Below are positions 25,544-33,112 of a stretch of DNA of 39,261 bases, piece after piece. Where the stretch lies: assembly GCA_964407175.1 (NCBI GenBank), contig CAYOUK010000002.1, positions 1-39,261 of the forward strand. Reading direction: 5' to 3'. Within the stretch, counting starts at the first letter, position 1; each line of letters starts with the position of its first letter. The notes beneath the pieces were generated by a model. It did no database searches. It was not told where the DNA came from and was given only the letters and a program-made list of their open reading frames with translations. This DNA comes from an uncultured Muribaculaceae bacterium (GTDB lineage Bacteria; Bacillota_I; Bacilli_A; RF39; UBA660). A program made the position numbers and the translations under genes.

Positions 25544-27908
25544 ATTTTATTATTTCAAAATGCATACCATGATAAACCTTCATAGAATCCCCTGGTTTAT
25601 ATTTTTCTCCATTTGATGAATCAACAGAGTATTTTACATTTTTCTTCTTAGGTAATTTATATGTAGAACCCTCTTCTTCAAGATACTTGTATTTATTCTT
25701 TTCCGTTACTTTATCTTCAGAAGTAGTAACCATCCACATAGTTTTACCTTTAATATTAGTTATTGGTTTTTTATACATAGATTCATTCATTTGGTTTTCT
25801 TTTAAATATACTTTAAATTTATCTAGAGTTATGTAATCATAATCGACAAGCAGTTTTATTTCTCTTGCTCTTAAACCTTCATAAAGGTTTCTTGGAAGAG
25901 TATCTTTAAATGTATCATATGTATAATCGTTAGCCTTTAGTATTTCATTTCTTATCTCTGGCCACTTAATATTTTTATCAAAACCATATAGATTAGATAA
26001 AGATACTTCATCATCTGTCGTTAATACATCATTTGCGATTAAGTTATAATTATTTGTAGTAACTACATGGTAATACTTAATCGGTTTGTTAATTTTTTCT
26101 ATGTTTTCAACAGCGACTGTTTCTAAAGTGCCATCTTCACTTACTTTAGCTATCTTGATTCCTTTTTTAAATGATTTACTTGCAGTATTTATAAATTCAT
26201 ACTTATCCATATCGAATAGTCCATGTTTTTTAACAACATTTAAAATGGTTCCATCTGATAAAGTAATTTTAGTGTAAGAAGATTCAGTTTCCTCTTTTTC
26301 CACCCATATTGGATATGCACTACCTTCCTTACCTTCAGTATAATTCCAAACTGAAACTAGGTCGTTGTAGTCAATATCTTCAATACGTTTATATGAACCA
26401 TCAGCCATTTTAATAAGTGTTCCTTCAGCGAGGCAACCACCACCACCAGAAGCTTCACCTGATATTACAACTTTACCAGTTACAGAAGCAATTTTAAAAG
26501 TATAATTTTGATTACTATTTCTAGTATACGTATACTGACTTGTTGTAAGTGTTCTACCACCCATTGTAACTGAATCAAGTGATGATGGGACCGTATATAA
26601 TCCAGAGGCAGTAATATTAAATTCTAATGCATCACCAGCTTCAACTTCACTAGGACCAGTATTAGAAAGATTAGTTAATTTATAAGTAACAGTGTATTTC
26701 CAAGAAAGTCTTGTATCACTACTTTTAGATGCATAACCAGAAGCAGTTGTTGCTCCATCGATAGTTTGAGCATCCGGTTCTTTATCTAGTGTATCTCTAC
26801 CATATACAAGGGCATAATAATCTAAGCCACCTTTTACTCCTTTAAATGGAATTGATGTTTCACTTCCTGTTGTCTGTTTTTCCTCAACGAGTGTTCCATC
26901 TTTTTTATATAATCTTACTGTGTAATATTTAATTCCACTTTCATCAGTGCCACTCCAAGAAACTGTTGCAGAACCCGCAGTTGTTTCTTTAGCAATTGTA
27001 ACATCTGAAATAACTGGTGGACCAGAATCATTTAAAGATGCGTCTATATCTACAGATACAGATACATTACCAGCAGCTGATGATGGTAAATCTGTCGATT
27101 TAATCATTACTGTAACTGATTGAGGACTTGAAGCAAAACCTGTTTGATTTAGTCTAGTTATATAGAATGTATAGTTTTGTGTATCCCCTGCTGCTATGTT
27201 GTAACTAAGAGGATTACCAGAAGCATCAGTAATACTAAAGTTATTTGTATCTGTTGGAGCTAGTGTAAATGTCTTAGCACTTTGATATGAATTAATTACA
27301 CTTACTGTGTATGGACCAGCGATAGTATTGTTCCCTGTTAAATCTCCAGTTGCGCCATCTGCAATACTTCCAAGTAAACTTCCGTATAATTCTGGAGTTG
27401 TATCGGTATCTAGAGATGCATCCGCAGAATATGAACCACTGTTATCAAGTGGAGTAAGGGTTACTCTGACTGCAAAAGTTCTAGATGTTCTAGAAGGTAT
27501 CTTCTCCCCTTCTTCTATATCTTCAAAAGTAAAATCAATTGTAGCATTTGCAGTATCACCAAAATCTATATCTGGTGTAAACTTATCTGATCCAAAAGTA
27601 TAATCATAAAAACTATCATTAGATATAGTTATATTATATACAGCATAATATGTATCATTCATACCATTTCCACTAAAAGCAAAATGGAAATCTATATTTT
27701 CGTCTGAAAAACTAGGATTTTCAGTATTAGTTAAGTTATTATTATCAGTTAATATTACATTACTAATTCTAATCTTACCTTGAGTAGTAATAATAGTTGT
27801 TCCACGCGCAAAAAGGCTTGCCCCATAAGTGGCAAAACCTACCCCAGAAAACACAACAAATAATATAACTATTAAAAATATTGAAATTTGTACTATTTTA
27901 TTTTTCAC
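25542..27908 (-). CDS. Large exported fibre-associated protein: SipW-type leader, TasA-like N-domain, Ig/FN3 domains, Hint domain, unknown C-domain
   Basis: The leader ends in GVGFATY, the same motif as the 191-aa subunit. An FN3-like segment spans aa ~297-378 (SATVSWSGT...YYTVRLY...YYALVYG). GGGG/CLAEGTLI at aa 488-499 starts a Hint fold. The GTG start forms a GTGA overlap with the upstream stop. Confidence 0.75.
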   Translation of the reverse strand: MKNKIVQISIFLIVILFVVFSGVGFATYGASLFARGTTIITTQGKIRISNVILTDNNNLTNTENPSFSDENIDFHFAFSGNGMNDTYYAVYNITISNDSFYDYTFGSDKFTPDIDFGDTANATIDFTFEDIEEGEKIPSRTSRTFAVRVTLTPLDNSGSYSADASLDTDTTPELYGSLLGSIADGATGDLTGNNTIAGPYTVSVINSYQSAKTFTLAPTDTNNFSITDASGNPLSYNIAAGDTQNYTFYITRLNQTGFASSPQSVTVMIKSTDLPSSAAGNVSVSVDIDASLNDSGPPVISDVTIAKETTAGSATVSWSGTDESGIKYYTVRLYKKDGTLVEEKQTTGSETSIPFKGVKGGLDYYALVYGRDTLDKEPDAQTIDGATTASGYASKSSDTRLSWKYTVTYKLTNLSNTGPSEVEAGDALEFNITASGLYTVPSSLDSVTMGGRTLTTSQYTYTRNSNQNYTFKIASVTGKVVISGEASGGGGCLAEGTLIKMADGSYKRIEDIDYNDLVSVWNYTEGKEGSAYPIWVEKEETESSYTKITLSDGTILNVVKKHGLFDMDKYEFINTASKSFKKGIKIAKVSEDGTLETVAVENIEKINKPIKYYHVVTTNNYNLIANDVLTTDDEVSLSNLYGFDKNIKWPEIRNEILKANDYTYDTFKDTLPRNLYEGLRAREIKLLVDYDYITLDKFKVYLKENQMNESMYKKPITNIKGKTMWMVTTSEDKVTEKNKYKYLEEEGSTYKLPKKKNVKYSVDSSNGEKYKPGDSMKVYHGMHFEIIK

Positions 27909-28945
27909 TTGCCATCACTCTTTAATATATATTGCCATGCATTAGTATCACTAATAAGTGTGAAATAGCAAACCCCAGTTCTTTCATTTTCATAATAATT
28001 AATAGGCATTCTTATTTCACTATGAGCATCTATTAATTCATCAAATGATTCTGTTTTAATAACACTTAATCCATCTAAATCAGGATTATTCTTAACATTT
28101 ACTATTATACTATCATATGTACTAAGTATTTTCTTTTTAGTAATCTCAAATTTATGTCTATGCTCTACTTCTTTTTTTATTCTATACATACAAGCTATTA
28201 CATAAATGCTTATTAGTATAAACAGTACACCAACAGCTTTAAATAGTAAATATTTAGCATCATGTTTTTTAACTACTGTTTCTATTTTTTTATTTGTATT
28301 ATTATTATCTTTATCTATGTTTGCTTCAACTGCTAGAGATGATAATGGAATATTAAACCCAAGTGATGAATTAATTGGTTTTAAATCCATACTATTGTTT
28401 GTTAAATTATTAGTTACTTTTAAATATACTGATAATTTACCATCTAATGATAATCCCATCGCTGTCTTGAAATCATTTAATATACCATTAAATTTATTAT
28501 AATCCACCTTTATTGAATTTGAAATCAAATAATTACTAGCATTATTAATCTCTATTGTTTGTTTATCAGATAGAGGATAATCTTTTGTCCAATATACTCC
28601 ATCTTCACCATTCGGTTTACTAGCTTCTATAGTAGCCATAATATAGTACTCATATGTACCACTAACTTCTTTATCAAATTCAATATTGTAGTTATAATCC
28701 ACATTAATATAATCAATTAAGTTTGTTATATACGTTTTGTTTTCTTCTAAGTATGGCTCATCAAAGAAGTCATTTGGTTTAAGATAAACCTTATATTTAA
28801 CATCTGATTTACTTGTATCATATGTAAGAAAAATAGTTTCATTGTTGTCAAAACCTTTAGATAGGAAAAATACACCACATCCAAGAAAACACAAAGATAT
28901 AATTGTCAAAATAACATATGTAAATGTAATCTTCTTTGATTTCAT
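27905..28945 (-). CDS. Two-TM accessory membrane protein (architecture like DUF5305-type SipW-neighbour proteins)
   Basis: TM1 at aa ~9-28, a ~200-aa ectodomain, TM2 at aa ~233-253 and a ~90-aa cytoplasmic tail. SD AAGGGA is upstream. It is translationally coupled to the downstream gene. The DUF5305 call is recollection only. Confidence 0.5.
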   Translation of the reverse strand: MKSKKITFTYVILTIISLCFLGCGVFFLSKGFDNNETIFLTYDTSKSDVKYKVYLKPNDFFDEPYLEENKTYITNLIDYINVDYNYNIEFDKEVSGTYEYYIMATIEASKPNGEDGVYWTKDYPLSDKQTIEINNASNYLISNSIKVDYNKFNGILNDFKTAMGLSLDGKLSVYLKVTNNLTNNSMDLKPINSSLGFNIPLSSLAVEANIDKDNNNTNKKIETVVKKHDAKYLLFKAVGVLFILISIYVIACMYRIKKEVEHRHKFEITKKKILSTYDSIIVNVKNNPDLDGLSVIKTESFDELIDAHSEIRMPINYYENERTGVCYFTLISDTNAWQYILKSDGK

Positions 28946-28967
28946 GTCTTTTCCCTTTCTATTTTTT

Positions 28968-30089
28968 TTAATCTATTACTTCTCTAACCCATATGGTTGG
29001 ATATCCTATGTATTTAACTACATATTTTACTTTACCCAAAACCGCCTGATTTGTTATTTTAATATTATCTGGTGTGTTATTGGCATCACCTTTTGTAACG
29101 ATGGTAACTTGATCACCGTTTTTCTTGATAGAATGTATTCTGTGTGTTACTACTATTCCGTTTCTATTAAATGCGATTACTTCACCATTTCTAAGTTTAC
29201 TTGGTTCTATCTTTTCATATATAACTGCATCACCTTTATAGAATGCTGGAACCATTGAATTTGAACCAATCGCTAAGATCTTATATTTAAACAATCCAGT
29301 GATAAGCGATATCATAACAAATGCAAATATTGCAATTGGTACCATTACTATCCACCTAGAAGCCCTTTTACTGTAAATTGCTCCTTTCTCTTTATAGTTA
29401 ATCGTCTTCCTCGAGAAAAAGTATACAGTATATGGCATAAGTACGTGAACAACACTATTAATGTAATTGCCGACATTTGGAATTAATGGCGTAAAGAACG
29501 CGTAAAATAAAGGCACTATTCTATAAACCATACCTGGTAAATAACTAACTTTATAAGTTAGATATGAACAAAGTGTTTGTTTTGCAATCGCGGGAACTAT
29601 AACGACACAAACGAAAATGAATATCATTTCTCTACTATGCAAATTATAACCTTTTATTTGCATTACAATATCTAATATTATAAGTATTAAAGTATATATT
29701 ATTAAAGGCTTTTTATTCTTTTGCCCATTTCTTGCAATAATATATCTTATTAATTCTTCAGATATAACAAGTACTATATCTAGTAACAGATAATTAAATA
29801 TATTGGACCATGTAAAATATATTGCATTTCTACTAAATCCCATAAAAAATCCAAAGAAGAATATAATAAGTAGAAACGCTAAAAGTGTAGCAATAACAAC
29901 TCTTACTACATTTCCCTTAGTATAATTATTATCTTTCATTACACCATATTTAATAGCCATAAAAATAGCCATCATTAAAAATAGTAATGTAATTACTAGT
30001 AAGTTGTTATTTTGATTAACTCTATTAGATATTATAATAAAAATAAATAATATTATTTCTATTAAGTATAGTCCTCTTATTCTTTTCAT
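28968..30089 (-). CDS. ER/archaeal-type (SipW-like, S26B) signal peptidase I fused to an N-terminal ~245-aa polytopic membrane domain
   Basis: The C-terminal ~130 aa read GSNSMVP (catalytic Ser box), VVTHRI (His box) and TKGDANNTPD, as in SipW/Sec11-type peptidases. The N-terminal part has about 6-8 predicted TM helices. The start is uncertain: ATG 30089 (MKRIRG...) is preferred over the track's TTG at 30107. Confidence 0.7.
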   Translation of the reverse strand: MKRIRGLYLIEIILFIFIIISNRVNQNNNLLVITLLFLMMAIFMAIKYGVMKDNNYTKGNVVRVVIATLLAFLLIIFFFGFFMGFSRNAIYFTWSNIFNYLLLDIVLVISEELIRYIIARNGQKNKKPLIIYTLILIILDIVMQIKGYNLHSREMIFIFVCVVIVPAIAKQTLCSYLTYKVSYLPGMVYRIVPLFYAFFTPLIPNVGNYINSVVHVLMPYTVYFFSRKTINYKEKGAIYSKRASRWIVMVPIAIFAFVMISLITGLFKYKILAIGSNSMVPAFYKGDAVIYEKIEPSKLRNGEVIAFNRNGIVVTHRIHSIKKNGDQVTIVTKGDANNTPDNIKITNQAVLGKVKYVVKYIGYPTIWVREVID

Positions 30090-30118
30090 TGCAATCATCT
30101 CTTTCAATAAAACAAATC

Positions 30119-30145
30119 ACTATCTGCCTATAAAAGGCAGATAGT
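30119..30145 (-). terminator. Stem-loop between the subunit gene and the signal peptidase gene (attenuator or stabiliser)
   Basis: 10-bp perfect stem ACTATCTGCC (30119-30128) / GGCAGATAGT (30136-30145) with a 7-nt loop, followed on the minus strand by GATTTGTTTTATTG. Confidence 0.5.
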
Positions 30146-30173
30146 CACTTGTAAATCTATATATTAATTATGA

Positions 30174-30749
30174 TTATGATGATTGCGTAGATTGTGAATT
30201 AGCATCTTCGTAATATAGAGATGCAGTTAGAGTAATTGTTTGATCTGTACTTGGTAAGTCGCTAGAGCTTTCAGGTTGTAAGTATTCAACTCTTACCTTA
30301 ACTGGCTTACTAGTGTTTTTAGCTAAAGCTATGTTTAAATTATTATTAGTTGCAGTATATTCTGTACCATCATAGTATACTGAATATTTTAAATATTTAG
30401 CTTGTTCTGCAGTTAATGCAGTCATAGTTAATTTCTTTAATACAGCGTCGATAGTACCAAAGTTTTTAGCATCTGCTGTTGCTTCATAGAAGTCACCTGG
30501 TTCATTTAGTGTTACTGTAAATGTCCAATCAGTAGCAGTTAAAGTGCTAGGGTTAGCAGTAACGCTTCCTGTTAGTGGTGTAATTCCTTTTTCAGTATCA
30601 TACTGAACTTTCCATTCAGATTTTTTAACTGTAGCAGTACCGTTAATGTTAAGTGTTTGTGTATAAGTCGCAAAACCTACTGACATTACAAGTATAGCAA
30701 CAGCTAATACCGCAATAATAATTGTTTGTGTACTCTTTTCTTTTTTCAT
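30174..30749 (-). CDS. TasA/CalY-like (M73-fold-like) secreted fibre subunit candidate
   Basis: The leader MKKEKSTQTIIIAVLAVAILVMSVGFA/TY is followed by TLNINGTATV and LNEPGDFYEATADAKNFGTIDAVL. This resembles the TasA/camelysin L.PGD....F.v.N.G...A block. Very strong SD AGGAGGAG. It has its own promoter and is the first gene of the operon. Confidence 0.55.
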   Translation of the reverse strand: MKKEKSTQTIIIAVLAVAILVMSVGFATYTQTLNINGTATVKKSEWKVQYDTEKGITPLTGSVTANPSTLTATDWTFTVTLNEPGDFYEATADAKNFGTIDAVLKKLTMTALTAEQAKYLKYSVYYDGTEYTATNNNLNIALAKNTSKPVKVRVEYLQPESSSDLPSTDQTITLTASLYYEDANSQSTQSS

Positions 30750-30775
30750 AATTTCTCCTCCTATTTTCTATAAAA

Positions 30776-30805
30776 ATTTTATCACAAATAGTGGCTTTTC
30801 GTCAA
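30776..30805 (-). promoter_or_regulatory. Sigma-A type promoter of the fibre operon
   Basis: The minus strand reads TTGACG (complement of 30800-30805), an 18-nt spacer, then TGATAAAAT, an extended -10 (TAAAAT is the complement of 30776-30781). It directly follows the terminator of the HerA-like gene. Confidence 0.55.
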
Positions 30806-30810
30806 TATAA

Positions 30811-30835
30811 AAAACCACTACTTTATAGTGGTTTT
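30811..30835 (-). terminator. Factor-independent terminator after the HerA-like gene
   Basis: AAAACCACT (30811-30819) pairs with AGTGGTTTT (30827-30835) with a 7-nt loop, followed on the minus strand by TTATATT. Confidence 0.6.
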
Positions 30836-30838
30836 ACT

Positions 30839-32599
30839 TTATTGCCATGCTTTTGCAACATCTGCATTAGAACTGTATGGCGTTGGATTAGGCATTTGTA
30901 GTTTCGTTATAAGTGGTATTTGGAATGCAGAACCAAAGCTTATACAAATACCTGGTTGCAAGCTAGAAAGCTTTTTAATTATATCTACACTCATGCCCGG
31001 AAGCATTTTTTCAATGTAATTAACATCCGCTGGATGGGTTGTTTTAAATATTAAGAAATTTGAAATCTGTGAAATAACAGTGTCAGATAATTCGACAGGT
31101 CTTTGACTAATAATGTCAAGTAAGACACCATATTTACGCCCTTCTTTAGCAATACGTTCAAATATATTATAACCAATTAAGAAATTATCCTTATCATTTT
31201 GAACATATCTATGTGCTTCTTCTAAGAATAAATGGAATGGAATACTTGCTCTTTCAGGTCTGCTCTTAGCAAAATCGAAGAACATTCTAGCAAATATCTT
31301 AACTATTACTTTAGCAAGTTGGTCATCTATACCTTCTAAGTTAATATTAACTATTTGACAACGTTTATTGTCTTGTACAACTAATCTTGATATATATTGT
31401 TCTAGTGTAATAAAGTCTGGATAGTTAAATAATCTTTTATTAGTTGAATTAACTATTGAATGAAGTCTAACTTGAAGCATAGTTGCTGCATTTTGAAATT
31501 GAGAGTTTTCTTGAATGCCTTCACTGATAAGAGTAAATTCTAAAGCAGTTTCAAAATCTTCTATAGAAAAATACTGATTATCTTCTGGCATATTATTCTC
31601 TAGGCTTTCATCTAAGAATGATGAAATATATTGATTAATTAATACAGATTCAGAGAATTGCCCATTAGAATCTATTTCAAAACAATCAGCAAGACTTCTT
31701 GTAAATCCAACACCTTGTAGCTGCGCATTAAAGTTAAACTGTGGTGTATTTGTTTTATTAAGTAGTTTAAATACTTCGTTCTTTTTTCCAGAGTTTGTTA
31801 AACTAGAGAAAAGAATCGCTGTTAAAGCCTTTGCAATTAAGTGGTTTTTTAAACTTAAACTTCCCTCATCTTTTCTTGCAAAAATTCTAACAAGTTTTAA
31901 CGCTCTTTCAAGAAGCGTCATTTGTGAATGTTCTGTTGCATTAAGCATAAGAGCAATATCATCTAGAGTTAGAAGATAAATTGGTATTGATAAATCTTCA
32001 TCTGTTGGTTCTTGTTTATTAGAAGTTATAAATTTATAGTTATAATTAGCATTTAATTGACTTATGTTTCTAAAAGCATTTTTATATTCACCATATGCGT
32101 CGAAGAATATTAAATTAGCACTTTTAACTACCATTTCAGGATTAGAAAAGATATTTTGGATGATTCTTGCTGTTGCACATGATTTACCTGAACCAGATGA
32201 TCCAAGCACTGCAAAGTGATTAGAAAATAAAGCATTAACATCTACATACATTGGATAATTATTATATAAAGGCGTATATCCAAGTAAAAACTCCCCTGGT
32301 CCTTTATCTCCGATTAGTATTTTTAACTCTGCTTCATTAATAAGTCTTAGTTTAGAATCAAGGGTTGGTTTTTTAACTATACCTGGAACAAATTTATTAT
32401 CAGTTGAAAACTCACCTAATAATTTAACTGTTAATGTTTCATCGTTAATATCATCTACTTCCCCTAGTATTCTTTGTTGACCACTCATAAAAATCACATG
32501 TAGGTTCATCAAATCTGGCATTGCATTACCAGTTTTATTAAGAGAAACAACAGCGTTATCATCAGATATTTTAAGTATATTTCCAAACACTCTAACCAT
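30839..32599 (-). CDS. HerA/FtsK-superfamily ATPase (DUF87-like), orphan
   Basis: An N-terminal beta-barrel-like region (GNILKISDDNAVVSL...ILGEVDDI) is followed by Walker A AVLGSSGSGKSC and Walker B FHLFLEEAHRYV, with C-terminal GICISFGSAF. This is the HerA layout. The start is uncertain: ATG 32599 has a poor SD and GTG 32590 is possible. Confidence 0.65.
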   Translation of the reverse strand: MVRVFGNILKISDDNAVVSLNKTGNAMPDLMNLHVIFMSGQQRILGEVDDINDETLTVKLLGEFSTDNKFVPGIVKKPTLDSKLRLINEAELKILIGDKGPGEFLLGYTPLYNNYPMYVDVNALFSNHFAVLGSSGSGKSCATARIIQNIFSNPEMVVKSANLIFFDAYGEYKNAFRNISQLNANYNYKFITSNKQEPTDEDLSIPIYLLTLDDIALMLNATEHSQMTLLERALKLVRIFARKDEGSLSLKNHLIAKALTAILFSSLTNSGKKNEVFKLLNKTNTPQFNFNAQLQGVGFTRSLADCFEIDSNGQFSESVLINQYISSFLDESLENNMPEDNQYFSIEDFETALEFTLISEGIQENSQFQNAATMLQVRLHSIVNSTNKRLFNYPDFITLEQYISRLVVQDNKRCQIVNINLEGIDDQLAKVIVKIFARMFFDFAKSRPERASIPFHLFLEEAHRYVQNDKDNFLIGYNIFERIAKEGRKYGVLLDIISQRPVELSDTVISQISNFLIFKTTHPADVNYIEKMLPGMSVDIIKKLSSLQPGICISFGSAFQIPLITKLQMPNPTPYSSNADVAKAWQ

Positions 32600-32655
32600 C
32601 CCTATTCTTATATAATGATAGCATAGTTTTGACTAAAAAAAAAGAAAAAAGTATT

Positions 32656-32868
32656 CTAAAACATATTATCTATGTTTTTTGGCACTTTATCTTCTTTTAT
32701 TGTTTTTTTTATCTTTTCTTTTAACTCTGGGCTTACATTTTTGCCTGTTGCAAGAGAAAGTGTATCGATGACTTCATCAAGGGTATTTTCATCTTTCATA
32801 TTTCCACTAGATAACTTTTCTGCAAGCTTAGTAATTAAGTTTTTATCAACGTTTGTTATCTTTGACAA
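32656..32868 (-). CDS. spoVIF: Stage VI sporulation protein F-like small protein
   Basis: 70 aa. GNMKDENTLDEVID...VSPELKEKIKKTI resembles the SpoVIF (YjcC) blocks NFKDENTV and VPKELEDKIV from memory. The TTG start has a weak SD, so the start is uncertain. Confidence 0.55.
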   Translation of the reverse strand: MSKITNVDKNLITKLAEKLSSGNMKDENTLDEVIDTLSLATGKNVSPELKEKIKKTIKEDKVPKNIDNMF

Positions 32869-32917
32869 TTTAATTAATAATTCTTCATTCAGATAATCAC
32901 AATTATATTATATGAAA

Positions 32918-32943
32918 AAAGTGATGAACTATGTCATCACTTT
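32918..32943 (-). terminator. Factor-independent terminator ~170 nt downstream of the holin-like gene
   Basis: AAAGTGATGA (32918-32927) pairs with TCATCACTTT (32934-32943), a 10-bp stem with a 6-nt loop, followed on the minus strand by TTTTCATAT. Confidence 0.65.
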
Positions 32944-33112
32944 CAAGTTTATTCGTTAGAGTTTTAGAAGGATAAGATTATATATTTACCATTTTACTGG
33001 TTATTTCATATTCATTAGTGTTTATTATTAAATTATCACCTCATGTCTTACACGTTAAGTATATTATTATACTTTGTTACTTTTGTGGGCTTAAGGTGAA
33101 ATCTATGTGATA

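Noticed and set aside
26013-26435. Canonical splicing intein
   Set aside because: The terminal His-Asn and a +1 Cys/Ser/Thr are absent. There is no homing endonuclease, and the flanks do not look like two halves of a conserved host protein. A non-splicing Hint/BIL-type domain fits better.
28206-29258. Plus-strand ORFs (98 and 138 aa) opposite the accessory and signal peptidase genes
   Set aside because: They are antisense shadows in AT-rich coding sequence. The opposite-strand genes have SDs, coupling and recognisable motifs.
29742-29762. CPBP/CAAX-protease motif 1 in the membrane domain fused to the signal peptidase (SEELIRY)
   Set aside because: The sequence is EE-x-x-R, not the EE-x-x-x-R spacing. 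I could not find the FxxxH and HxxxN motifs, so I make no protease call.
32656-32868. 70-aa ORF as a partner or effector (toxin-antitoxin-like) of the HerA-like ATPase
   Set aside because: Its sequence matches the SpoVIF small sporulation protein pattern, and it is separated from the ATPase gene by a 56-nt gap. An independent sporulation gene is more likely.
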